Part shown: piece by piece, positions 10,641 to 20,045 of the stretch
How the letters are laid out: each line of letters starts with the position of its first letter
Position numbering within the stretch: position 1 is the first letter of the stretch
Source of the DNA: Zestosphaera tikiterensis
GTDB lineage: Archaea > Thermoproteota > Thermoprotei_A > Sulfolobales > NBVN01
NCBI GenBank assembly: GCA_003056265.1
Contig: NBVN01000002.1
Location: 83,700-147,699, forward strand
Reading direction: 5' to 3'
Length of the DNA: 64,000 bases
Program-made: the position numbers and the translations under genes
Notes under the pieces: model-generated
What the model was told of the DNA's origin: nothing
What the model saw: the letters and a program-made list of their open reading frames with translations, nothing else
Database searches by the model: none

Positions 10641-11881
10641 TTGCTTAACTTCATGAATAACTCTTCAATGCTATAGGTCTTCCTCCCCTCAGGCCCTTCC
10701 TCAACTACTTTTATAGGTATGCCCCTCCCCATCGGCGTAGTAACGTATTTGTTAGCAAGCCTGAATAACTCCATGGGGTTAACTACGGCTTCAGGTGGGT
10801 ATACACCATACTCTTTTATCAAACCCTCCTTGATTAATAGTCCTCCTAAAGCTAGCGGTATCCCCGTACCTTCACCCATGCCGAGTCCTTTAGCAACCGT
10901 GTAGAATGTGTATTTGAATTTCACACCTTCACGCAACCCTTCAATCGTGATCATTAAGCATCCGGTGGGTTTAGTTAAACCTGCTTTCTCGAGTATCTCC
11001 TTCCTCTTCTTTAATACGTAGGCAGTCGCGAAGTCGCGTGCTTTAACAACTGTGTTATCTATTGTGACTTCTTCATCGCTAAATAACCCTGCTTTAACAA
11101 GTGTCCTTATAAGGTATGCGTACTCAGGTGGTAGGACAAGACCTAGATTAGTTACTCTTTTCTTTACGTTGATATACTTAGGTAACGTGATAGTTTCTGG
11201 GTGGGGATATAAGTATACTTTGTAAGTACCTATCTCCGGGAATTCCACGTCGTACTCAAATTCCTTGGCCAAGTCGCTATCTAGCTTAGTGTAGACTATC
11301 CTACCATCAAGGTATATAGGTATATCGATCATCATGGAATGAGCTCTATGTTGTATGACGGCAGGACCTTCATATGGTTCTCCTCCATGGGCGTGATATA
11401 TGTCGATGGCGTGAACCTCACTTAGTAGGTAGTCTGAAACCAATCTAGCAAGAATATTACTTAACCCTGGACTACTTCCCATACCGATAAGGGCTTTAAC
11501 CCCGTTCTTAACCGCCTTACTAGATAATTCAAGCATTTTAACGGTTGCGTCATAGTCGTCACATACATCCACGTAATCCACTCCCGCATCTAACGCCGTT
11601 TCTAAGACTTTAACGCCGAACCTATAGAACGGCCCCACAGCGTTTAACACTATATCGGAATCCTTCATTAGCTTCATAAGGTTACTCCTATCCTCGACGT
11701 CAACGTATTCTAACGATACAGCATGAGGGTATATCTCCTTAAAGACTTCCTTTAAAACATCCACCCTCTTATCGGCGAGGACCATCTCCTTAAAGACTCC
11801 TGAATTAACTAGGAAGAAGGAACATGCTCTGCCAACCGCACCAGCGGCTCCGAGAATAAGAACACGAGACAAATTTACCAC
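10637..11881 (-). CDS. saccharopine dehydrogenase-like NAD(P)-binding oxidoreductase
   Basis: 414 aa with an N-terminal Rossmann motif (ILGAAGAVGRA) and overall saccharopine-dehydrogenase-like length and pattern. Confidence 0.65.
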   Translation of the reverse strand: MVNLSRVLILGAAGAVGRACSFFLVNSGVFKEMVLADKRVDVLKEVFKEIYPHAVSLEYVDVEDRSNLMKLMKDSDIVLNAVGPFYRFGVKVLETALDAGVDYVDVCDDYDATVKMLELSSKAVKNGVKALIGMGSSPGLSNILARLVSDYLLSEVHAIDIYHAHGGEPYEGPAVIQHRAHSMMIDIPIYLDGRIVYTKLDSDLAKEFEYDVEFPEIGTYKVYLYPHPETITLPKYINVKKRVTNLGLVLPPEYAYLIRTLVKAGLFSDEEVTIDNTVVKARDFATAYVLKKRKEILEKAGLTKPTGCLMITIEGLREGVKFKYTFYTVAKGLGMGEGTGIPLALGGLLIKEGLIKEYGVYPPEAVVNPMELFRLANKYVTTPMGRGIPIKVVEEGPEGRKTYSIEELFMKLSK

Positions 11882-12153
11882 CGTATTATAAATAGAAATT
11901 GTTACATTTATATTTTAAACTACGTCAGCAACGCGTTGTAAAAATATGTATTTATATCGTATGTTACTTCTTAAACAACTTTAGTTAATGGATTCATTTG
12001 TTCTTACCTAGCTTCAGATTATACATGCTAGCTAATTTACTATCTATTAATGATAAGGCAGAACCTATAGTATGGTGTTATTGGAGTATATCTACAGTAA
12101 TACGTTAGTTGTTAAGCTTAGTTCTAAGCATAGTTAATACTATACTAGCTACG

Positions 12154-12657
12154 CTAGCTACGTTGCTGAAGTTTCTCCGTTATCTCCTTAACAAGTTTAT
12201 CTAGCTTATCTCTATCTTTATCTGGATCTACTACCGACAAGCAATCTACTACGTTGTATTTCATGTCTTCAAGCTCTCTCCTAAGTTTTGATGCGTAGTC
12301 CACATTAAGATCGGCTGTTGTTACGCAATATACAGGGTTGCTGTACTTTCCAGTGTGTTTAGTTATGAATGAGTATATTGGTGGTGAAGCCGCACCCCAC
12401 CATACTGGAGTAGATATTACTAATGCGTCACAGTTTTCTAGCTTAATATCACTGTTAATTAACTCAACAGGCTTTCTCATTAGGGCTTCGTAGAGTATCC
12501 TAGGGTTTAAATGGAGGAATTTATCGAAATATTCTCTAGTAGGCTTTACTAGGAAGACGTTAACATTAATGCCTGACTCCTTAAGCCTCTCCTTAATATA
12601 CTCAACTAATTTACGTGTTTTACCTGTCTTGCTATAATATACTACGCATACATTCAC
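12154..12657 (-). CDS. flavodoxin-like fold protein
   Basis: 167 aa with an N-terminal VVYYSKTGKTRKL flavodoxin-type phosphate-binding loop. Confidence 0.65.
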   Translation of the reverse strand: MNVCVVYYSKTGKTRKLVEYIKERLKESGINVNVFLVKPTREYFDKFLHLNPRILYEALMRKPVELINSDIKLENCDALVISTPVWWGAASPPIYSFITKHTGKYSNPVYCVTTADLNVDYASKLRRELEDMKYNVVDCLSVVDPDKDRDKLDKLVKEITEKLQQRS

Positions 12658-12729
12658 TAAAAGTCCCTGTTAATAAAGCATATAGCATAACTATAAATGT
12701 TTTAAAGAGGTAAAACTACATGTATTTAT

Positions 12730-13965
12730 TCATAAGCCCAACATCATCGCCAACGAGCCTTTCTTATATGCTTCGATAGCTGCCTTCAACTCTGTATTTT
12801 CCTTAGCGTATTCCTCCAGCGGTATGTTCTTTAACGTAGCCTCGATTGCTTGCCTCATGGATTTAGCCCCAGCTCTTGAACCCATTGGGTGGGCGTGAAT
12901 TGCTCCTCCAGCTGATATACCCACGTCTACCCCTAAATCCTTCATTAACTGAGGTACGTGAAGCTGTGTTATCCCTCCTGAGGGGCATGGTAGTGTTGGT
13001 TTAATACCCTCCATTGGTGCTCGAAGATATTTAGCAACTCTAATATACTTCTCCTTAGTGTAGGTTGGGACCTTACCGTATGGTGCGGGGTAAATATTCA
13101 TGTCAGCTCCAGCCAGTCTAATCAGTTTTCCAAGTATGAGTGTAGAGCTTATCCCTCCGTAGGGAGATGTGTATATAGTTCCCGCGAAGTCTATGCTATG
13201 TGCTAAGATAGGTAGCTTAATGCTTGGATCCTCAGTTAGTGATTTAAAAGCTCCTAATCCAACTGATACAGCGTTAACCATTAAGGCATTAGCGCCTAGC
13301 TCCTGTGCTTTTTCAGCTAAGTCGAATAGCTTAGGTGGATCGCTTGTTATGTTGACTGTATATAGTTTCTTCTCACCTGTCTCAGCTACTGCTTTATCTA
13401 AAGCCTCCATGAACTTCACCACCCTTTCCTCTACTTTATTATAGCTTTGATTAGCTAGTAGTTCATCGTCTTTTATAATGTCTACACCGCCAACCCATGC
13501 TTCATAAGCTAGTTTCGCACCTATATCAGGTGGGTAGTATACGCAAGGCTTTATCATAGCGACTATGAAGGGCCTTTCGTGGATTCCCATAAGGTTTCTC
13601 AACCCTTCAACGCCGTATTTAGGTCCTTTGAAGAGCTTTAGATATTCCTTAGGCATCCATATATCTAGTAGTTTTATTTTACCGTAAGCCATTATATTGC
13701 CTGTGATGGTTGAAAAGATTACTGAAATATCGGATTCGAAATTTACCCATGGAAAGCCTATAGCTATGATGAACCACCTTAACCCTTCCTTAGGCGTTTC
13801 AGTCTCGTAGTCTGGGATTTCATATACTCCTAAGACCTTCGCTCCAATGTTCCTCCGCATCTCAGGAGTCTCCATAGGAGTTCTAATCCACGTACCCGTT
13901 GTCTGCTCAGCCGCTAAAGCTCTAGCAACTACATCAGGCTCGAAGCCTGAAGATATGCCAATCAT
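12730..13965 (-). CDS. RuBisCO large-subunit family protein, RuBisCO-like (form IV-like) by active-site pattern
   Basis: 411 aa with AAEQTTGTW, ITGN, MIKPCVYY, GGVDIIKDDE, ILAHS, PSGGI and SAGGAIHAHP. Homology continues 32 codons upstream of the track start (to 14061), with no usable start codon there; see findings. Confidence 0.85.
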   Translation of the reverse strand: MIGISSGFEPDVVARALAAEQTTGTWIRTPMETPEMRRNIGAKVLGVYEIPDYETETPKEGLRWFIIAIGFPWVNFESDISVIFSTITGNIMAYGKIKLLDIWMPKEYLKLFKGPKYGVEGLRNLMGIHERPFIVAMIKPCVYYPPDIGAKLAYEAWVGGVDIIKDDELLANQSYNKVEERVVKFMEALDKAVAETGEKKLYTVNITSDPPKLFDLAEKAQELGANALMVNAVSVGLGAFKSLTEDPSIKLPILAHSIDFAGTIYTSPYGGISSTLILGKLIRLAGADMNIYPAPYGKVPTYTKEKYIRVAKYLRAPMEGIKPTLPCPSGGITQLHVPQLMKDLGVDVGISAGGAIHAHPMGSRAGAKSMRQAIEATLKNIPLEEYAKENTELKAAIEAYKKGSLAMMLGL

Positions 13966-14142
13966 GTATAAAGCTATAACGTACTTGTCTAGATCTATCG
14001 ATTCGAAGAGTAAGTCCAGAAGATCAAAATAATCAACCTTATATGGAGACGTATTTTCACCTCACATGATTGTTTAGAACAAAGGTTTATAAAACTAACG
14101 CTATGCTGAGGTTTTATAAAAGTAAAAGAACCACAATAGCTT

Positions 14143-14216
14143 AGATCTATAGATGTAGAGTGCTTTTGCAACTGAAAGCCCCGCCTCTTTAGGGCGGGGA
14201 GGAGGTCAGATCTATA
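14143..14216. repeat. GC hairpin (14179-14199) flanked by 9-nt direct repeats AGATCTATA
   Basis: A 7-bp stem CCCCGCC/GGCGGGG with a 7-nt loop is followed by AGGAGG. AGATCTATA occurs at 14143-14151 and 14208-14216, and AGATCTAT also at 13991-13998. Confidence 0.6.
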
Positions 14217-14672
14217 CAACATATATAAACACTCTGATACTTCACTAGCAAATAAATGATAGTTTATTGTGCCTTCAATAATGCAGAATAAACTAACTGT
14301 AAGCAAAGCGGTTTTAACTTTATATTTTTATAATTGGCAACGCCTTAATCACATATAAGAACTCACTTTCATGTTTGCAGAATAAATAAACTTTAACTTA
14401 CATTCTAGTAAAGCTAAACCAATGCTATAAAGAAGCGCATACTTTACTAGGCTAAACTAATTTAATTGAATCTTATTACTAGTTCTGTAGGGGAAGTTCT
14501 TAAACTTAAACTAGGATAGGGATTACTTTAGTCTTGTTTTTGATGAATCCGCGTGCTCTATCAGCCTCCTTAACTTTAGCTGTTTTTATAACGTATTTCA
14601 TAATTCAATAAATATTTTCTAAATGTTTTTAATTCTGTAATTTGAGAGACGCTTTTGTTTTATTGCGTAATG

Positions 14673-15416
14673 CTAGCTTATGAATTCGTAGATATAGTCC
14701 TCAAGTTTCTGGAACTCTGGCGATCTTCTATTCCTAGGTCTTGGGAGGTTAACTTCAACTACCTTCCGTACTTCCGCAGGTCTTGGAGTTAGTATCGCGA
14801 TTCGATCAGCCATGAAGAGTGCCTCATCTATTGAATGCGTGACCATGACTACGGCTTCAACTCCTGCGACGCCGCTGAGCCATATATCCAGGAGCTCCGC
14901 CCTTAAGGCTTCTGCGGTTAATGGATCGAGATTTGAGAATGGTTCGTCGAGGAGAAGTATTTGAGGTTTTATTGCTAACGCTCTCGTGATATTCACTCTT
15001 TGTTTCATCCCTCCAGAAAGTTGATGAGGGTAGGCGTTTTCAAAGCCGCTTAAGCCAACTAACGAGAGATACTTTCGTGCTTCATCCCTAGCTTCCTTAG
15101 GTTTTATTCCAGCGCTTTCTAATGGTAGGGCTACGTTCTCAAGTATTGTAAGCCAGGGAATCAACGTCGGGAATTGAAACACGAACCCTATCCTAGGCCT
15201 TTCAGAACTTATGTGGAATTCTATAGTGCCCTTCGTAGGCTTCTCCACCCCCGCAAGTATTCTGAGGAGGGTTGATTTACCGCATCCACTCGGCCCTAGA
15301 ATAGCTAGAAACTCACGTCGAATCTCTAGGTTAATCTTATTAAGCACTTTAATCCTAACCCTGCCGGAGAGGTATTCCTTCTCCAACTCCTTAATGCTTA
15401 CTACGACTTCAGTCAT
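14673..15416 (-). CDS. ABC transporter ATP-binding protein (NitT/TauT-like)
   Basis: 247 aa with Walker A GPSGCGKST, signature LSGGMKQR and Walker B LLLDEP. Confidence 0.9.
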   Translation of the reverse strand: MTEVVVSIKELEKEYLSGRVRIKVLNKINLEIRREFLAILGPSGCGKSTLLRILAGVEKPTKGTIEFHISSERPRIGFVFQFPTLIPWLTILENVALPLESAGIKPKEARDEARKYLSLVGLSGFENAYPHQLSGGMKQRVNITRALAIKPQILLLDEPFSNLDPLTAEALRAELLDIWLSGVAGVEAVVMVTHSIDEALFMADRIAILTPRPAEVRKVVEVNLPRPRNRRSPEFQKLEDYIYEFIS

Positions 15417-16987
15417 TCCACCACCCTATACTTCATGAATGCTTGGGTGAAGAGCCACCTCCAGAAAGTTCTATTCACGATAACTATGAAGATAGCTAGG
15501 TAGAGAGCGTAAAATAATGTGGCGTTGATATCGCCACCTATGGTAGCTACGTTAAGTAGGTAGCCTATACCGAAAAATTCAATTGTTTTAGATCCTATTT
15601 GAGCGTATTCAGCTGCGATGACGCTGTTCCAAGCACCTCCCCAAGCGGCTGAAAGCCCTGCGGTAATTCTAGGCATCATCGACGGGAGGTATATTCTAGA
15701 AAACCTTTTAAACACTCCTAACCTGTATATCTGAGCCACCTCATAGAGTCTCCGTTCAGCTTCTGTAGGTGGTGCTAAAGGCGTGTTGAAAAATATATAC
15801 CAGGCGGTCCCCTGAAACAGTATCAGGAATGAAACTAATAGCGGGCTTATGAGGCCGTTTTCAACCGCTAGTGAGAATATCGACCACCAAAGGAATGCTG
15901 GCATAGATGAGAGGACTTCACCAAGCTGGATAAGGATATACTTCGCTACCTTACCATGTTCGAAGGCATAGAAACCGGCAAACGCTATGAAAGCAAATGA
16001 AGCTAAAATCGTAGTGAAGACCCTAAATAAACTATGCAGAAGCCCTACCGTTGCGTTAAACCACGGAAGCCCCGCTAGATCAACTTTTAAAGTGTTAACG
16101 TTTTTAAAAACTACGAGGCAAGCGATCGTTAAGGTCGTAAGAACTGCTGCGATAGCAAGGACTCTCGACGTTGAAGCTTTAAATAATTTCCGTAGATTTA
16201 TGCGGCTCAACACTACATCTAGGTTTCGAGTTGAGAGTAGGTAAATCACGTAATTACTGGGTGAAGGCATCCTGCCGAAGATATGTGGTGATAGAGCTCT
16301 GAAGATGTTTACCGCCGGATAAGAAACTGCGGATCCCCCAGCTAACGCAGACACCGCATTAACTAAGGGGTTCCACAACAGCATATATAGAGCTAACGAC
16401 ACCCCAGTTAGGAGGGCTACCCCTACGTATGCGCCGAGGAAATCACCTCCAGCAGTTAAGTTCACAATATCCGCTCCGATACCTCTTAACCTGAATTCCT
16501 CGCTTCCTAACGAAATAACTTCACAAGCTGTTAAGAAGAAAAGACCGCCTGCCCAGGAGACTATACTGTTGGAAGCTATTGACAGCAGCGCTGTAGGTAT
16601 GTAGATCTTAAACAATCTTGCCGCTAAGTTAAACCTATATATTGCTGACATCATCAGAAAGTCTTCAGGAACTGCTTTTACGGCTGAGTAGACGCCTAGG
16701 ATTAGATTCCACGCTTGCCCGGTAAATATGAGGATAACGGAGGCGAGCTCCGCCCCCAGCGGTGGTTGAACAGCCTTCGTTACGAGCAGTAGGACAGCAG
16801 GGAAAAAACCTAAAACAGGTATTGACTGGAGGACGTCTATTAAAGGGTAGAGAGTAGCTTCTAAGAGTTTAGACCTTCCCATAGGAATCCCTATTAGAAG
16901 TGCTGCTACGATAGACATCGTATATGCTGTTAATAGCCTCAGTAAGCTATAGGTCAGGTCCGTCAGTAGGTAGCCATAATCCATCAA
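15413..16987 (-). CDS. ABC transporter permease with duplicated (fused) transmembrane domains
   Basis: 524 aa polytopic protein. It overlaps the ATPase gene by 4 nt and has two permease-like halves. Confidence 0.8.
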   Translation of the reverse strand: MMDYGYLLTDLTYSLLRLLTAYTMSIVAALLIGIPMGRSKLLEATLYPLIDVLQSIPVLGFFPAVLLLVTKAVQPPLGAELASVILIFTGQAWNLILGVYSAVKAVPEDFLMMSAIYRFNLAARLFKIYIPTALLSIASNSIVSWAGGLFFLTACEVISLGSEEFRLRGIGADIVNLTAGGDFLGAYVGVALLTGVSLALYMLLWNPLVNAVSALAGGSAVSYPAVNIFRALSPHIFGRMPSPSNYVIYLLSTRNLDVVLSRINLRKLFKASTSRVLAIAAVLTTLTIACLVVFKNVNTLKVDLAGLPWFNATVGLLHSLFRVFTTILASFAFIAFAGFYAFEHGKVAKYILIQLGEVLSSMPAFLWWSIFSLAVENGLISPLLVSFLILFQGTAWYIFFNTPLAPPTEAERRLYEVAQIYRLGVFKRFSRIYLPSMMPRITAGLSAAWGGAWNSVIAAEYAQIGSKTIEFFGIGYLLNVATIGGDINATLFYALYLAIFIVIVNRTFWRWLFTQAFMKYRVVE

Positions 16988-17056
16988 CTACTACCGATAA
17001 ACATTAATAGAAAGTTTAAAAGGCTCTAAATACATAAACCTATCGGTTGCTCTGGA

Positions 17057-17569
17057 GTGGATGGAGAGAACCAGCCGCAAAATAGGAAAGTCCTCGACGT
17101 TGCCCCCGTATGTTTAACACCAGATCACATACTCGGCCTTATTGAAAGCGTGTACAGCGTTGGAGGTAAGATCGACTCTGAAGAGCTGAATAACCTTATA
17201 GACGTGGATATGGATCTATTAACACACGCTATTGACGTGGCTGAAGCTCTTGGACTCGTAGTCTTCGATAGAGGTGATATTACAGTCACAGAACTTGGTG
17301 CGAAGGTCGCGGTAGCTCCCCCAAAGGAAGCGAGGAAAATCGTTAGAGACAAGCTTGCTGCGTTAGAGCCTTTTACAACGTTAATTAATGAGGTAAAGAT
17401 GCGTGGAGGTAGGATGTCTGTATCAATGGTTAGGAAGGTGTTAGCAGGTTTTTACGGTGAGGAAAACGTTGATTCAGCCTTAAACTGTTTAAGGCAGTGG
17501 TGGAGGTATTTCGAGCTGTTCTCGAGGCGTGGAGGGTATATTGAGCTTTCTAAGTCGTCACAGACGTAG
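17057..17569 (+). CDS. stand-alone AAA-associated-domain-like protein (domain usually fused to the C-terminus of NitT/TauT ATPases)
   Basis: 170 aa. It is divergent from the ABC operon. The assignment rests on my recollection of the family pattern only. Confidence 0.45.
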   Translation: MDGENQPQNRKVLDVAPVCLTPDHILGLIESVYSVGGKIDSEELNNLIDVDMDLLTHAIDVAEALGLVVFDRGDITVTELGAKVAVAPPKEARKIVRDKLAALEPFTTLINEVKMRGGRMSVSMVRKVLAGFYGEENVDSALNCLRQWWRYFELFSRRGGYIELSKSSQT

Positions 17570-18277
17570 GGACTTACATTTAATGAAGCTTAGGTATAAG
17601 CTTAAAGCCCTTCTCTCCACCTTCCTCAGTAGTTTAGCGTAGGCTGTCTTAGATATTTGAAGCTCTTTAGACAGCGTGTTAAGGTCTACCTTCCTTGGGT
17701 GGTTGTAGTAACCTCTTTCAAGCGCTAGTGAAGCCGCTTTAAACTGCCTTTCAGTTACCTTAAGGACTTTCTTCAAGTCCTCGCTTGCTGTATATAGGGT
17801 TGTTACGCCTCCCCGCATCAAATGCTCAAACTCTTCATAGCTTAATGAAGTCTCTACCTGCGCTTCATTACCTCCCTTTGATAAAGCCTCTAACACCCTA
17901 CTCTTCCCTGTCTTCGATACGACGAACCATTTTTCAATGCCGTCATATGCTATGAATGGGAAGTAGTACACGGTAACATCCTCTAAAGTTTTCATGGCGT
18001 TCGTAACCTCACGAGTTACTAACAACCCTAAAACCTCACGATCCTTTCTTCCGAGGACTTGAAACATTGAGACGTTAGGGTAGTTTGAAAGCTTATTAAC
18101 GAATTTATGCGTGGCTAGCGTACTATCTGATGAAATCTTAATTAAAGCCTCCACATGGTTATTCTTTATTTTCGAGTTGATCACAAATACCTTAACATGA
18201 TCTCCTAAGAACTTCTCCGAAGTATTAACTACCGGGCAGTCAGGTTGCCAGACTTTAAGTATGTATGCTTTCATCAA
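17558..18277 (-). CDS. HTH_10 (bacterio-opsin activator-like) transcriptional regulator
   Basis: 239 aa. The C-terminal TERQFKAASLALERGYYNHPRKVDLNTLSKELQISKTAYAKLLRKVERRAL is the typical Bat-type HTH. Confidence 0.75.
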   Translation of the reverse strand: MMKAYILKVWQPDCPVVNTSEKFLGDHVKVFVINSKIKNNHVEALIKISSDSTLATHKFVNKLSNYPNVSMFQVLGRKDREVLGLLVTREVTNAMKTLEDVTVYYFPFIAYDGIEKWFVVSKTGKSRVLEALSKGGNEAQVETSLSYEEFEHLMRGGVTTLYTASEDLKKVLKVTERQFKAASLALERGYYNHPRKVDLNTLSKELQISKTAYAKLLRKVERRALSLYLSFIKCKSLRL

Positions 18278-18316
18278 TACCCACGGTAGATAGTTGTCCT
18301 CACGTTTATAAATATG

Positions 18317-18332
18317 GGTTTACATGTAAACC
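18317..18332. promoter_or_regulatory. perfect 16-bp palindrome GGTTTACATGTAAACC next to a TATA-like box
   Basis: It lies between the divergent regulator gene (start 18277) and ilvD (ATG 18377). TTTATAAATAT at 18305-18315 immediately precedes it. Confidence 0.5.
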
Positions 18333-18376
18333 ACTATGTTTTTCCTACTTGACGAGGTCATTACTTGTGGGTTGTT

Positions 18377-20038
18377 ATGAGGAGTGACGTAACTAAGGTA
18401 GGTCTGGAGAGAGCTCCGCATAGATCTCTCTATAAAGCTTTAGGAATTACCGATGAGGAGTTGGGGAAGCCTTTCATAGCTATTGCGAACTCATTTAATG
18501 AAATCATACCTGGCCATGTACACCTGCGGGAAATCGCTGAATACGTTAAAGCCGGTGTGAGGATGGCTGGAGGTGTGCCGATTGAGTTCGGCATTATTGG
18601 TGTATGTGATGGCATCGCAATGGGTCACGAAGGGATGAAGTACTCACTACCTTCCAGGGAGCTCATAGCTGACTCTATAGAGTTGATGGTTAAAGCACAT
18701 GCGTTTGACGGCTTAGTAGTTGTTGCTTCATGCGATAAGATAATCCCAGGGGCTTTAATGGCTATAGGGAGGTTGAACATACCGTCGATATTTGTTTCGG
18801 GAGGGCCTATGCTTGCTGGAACATACCGAGGTAGGAAGGTTGCCTTAAGCGATGTTTTCGAGGCTGTAGGGGCTGTGAAGTCTGGTAGGCTATCGCTTGA
18901 CGAGTTAAGTAGGCTGGAGAATCTTGCCTGCCCGAGTTGCGGGTCGTGCGCTGGTATGTACACCGCCAACACGATGAACTGCTTAAGCGAGGCTTTAGGT
19001 CTTTCCCTACCTGGGAATGGAACCGCCCCAGCACCTCTTGCCGAAAGACGTAGGATAGCTAAGTATACTGGTATGAAAATCGTTGAGCTTGTTAAGAAGG
19101 ACGTAAGGCCTAGAGACATAGCTACGAGGGAAGCTTTCCTAGACGCCATAGCCGTTGACTTAGCTCTCGGCGGGTCAACAAATACTGTGTTACATTTGCC
19201 GGCGATAGCGAGGGAGTTTAACGTTAAGATAACGTTAGATGATTTCGATGAGTTAAGCGAGAAAACACCTACGCTTGCTAAGTTAAGCCCCGCAGGCCCT
19301 TACCACATTGAGGATCTTCATGAGGCTGGAGGCGTTTTAGCCGTTATGAAGGAACTGGATAAAAAGTCCTTAATACATAAGGATAGGATGACGGTCTCGC
19401 TGAAGACTGTTGCTGAGTTGTTAAGGGGTGTTGAGGTTTTACGTCGCGACGTCATCAAACCTGTTGAGGATCCATGGAGGTTAACTGGCGGTATAAGTAT
19501 ATTGAAGGGCTCCCTCGCTCCTGAGGGGGCGGTTATTAAGGTGTCGGCGGTGGCGGAGGGGTTGACTGAGTTTGAAGGGTATGCGAAGGTATTTGATTCT
19601 GAGGAGGAGGCTGTGGAAGCCATTATGGCTGGTAAGGTAGGGCGTGGTGATGTAGTCGTAATAAGGTATGAAGGCCCTAAAGGAGGGCCTGGAATGAGGG
19701 AGATGTTAACACCTACGTCGTTAATTAGCGGTATGGGTTTGGATAGGGATGTAGCGTTGGTCACTGATGGGAGGTTTTCCGGCGCTACGAGAGGTATATG
19801 CGTTGGTCATGTGTCGCCTGAAGCTGCTGAGGGAGGGCCTATAGCCGTGGTTAAAGATGGTGATCCAATCAGAATAGACTTGAAAAAGAAGAGTATAGAC
19901 CTGCTGCTTTCAAGTGATGAAATTAAGGAGAGGCTCTCGAGGTGGAGGCCTCCGGAGCCGAAGGTTAGGGAAGGATACCTCATTAGGTATTCGAAGCTTA
20001 CATCTTCAGCTAGTACTGGAGCTGTGTTCAGGTGGTGA
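18377..20038 (+). CDS. ilvD: dihydroxy-acid dehydratase (IlvD/Edd family)
   Basis: Family motifs are present ([32 protein letters not shown]). I prefer the ATG at 18377 ([17 protein letters not shown]) over the track TTG at 18365. Confidence 0.9.
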   Translation: MRSDVTKVGLERAPHRSLYKALGITDEELGKPFIAIANSFNEIIPGHVHLREIAEYVKAGVRMAGGVPIEFGIIGVCDGIAMGHEGMKYSLPSRELIADSIELMVKAHAFDGLVVVASCDKIIPGALMAIGRLNIPSIFVSGGPMLAGTYRGRKVALSDVFEAVGAVKSGRLSLDELSRLENLACPSCGSCAGMYTANTMNCLSEALGLSLPGNGTAPAPLAERRRIAKYTGMKIVELVKKDVRPRDIATREAFLDAIAVDLALGGSTNTVLHLPAIAREFNVKITLDDFDELSEKTPTLAKLSPAGPYHIEDLHEAGGVLAVMKELDKKSLIHKDRMTVSLKTVAELLRGVEVLRRDVIKPVEDPWRLTGGISILKGSLAPEGAVIKVSAVAEGLTEFEGYAKVFDSEEEAVEAIMAGKVGRGDVVVIRYEGPKGGPGMREMLTPTSLISGMGLDRDVALVTDGRFSGATRGICVGHVSPEAAEGGPIAVVKDGDPIRIDLKKKSIDLLLSSDEIKERLSRWRPPEPKVREGYLIRYSKLTSSASTGAVFRW

Positions 20039-20045
20039 GGTGTTT

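Noticed and set aside
13995-14306. 103-aa minus-strand ORF upstream of the RLP gene.
   Set aside because: It runs through the GC hairpin and direct repeats, and is out of frame with the conserved RLP N-terminal extension it overlaps. It shows no family resemblance.
2616-19764. Antisense shadow ORFs inside well-supported genes (for example 2616-2996, 5643-6119, 7068-7475, 7833-8045, 9127-10119, 13169-13444, 15987-16244, 18625-19149, 19318-19764). Later examples include 30415-30783, 50778-51065 and 54274-56602.
   Set aside because: Each is fully contained in a longer opposite-strand ORF with clear family motifs. Their sequences are low-complexity (Ser/Leu/Pro-rich) with no recognisable motifs.
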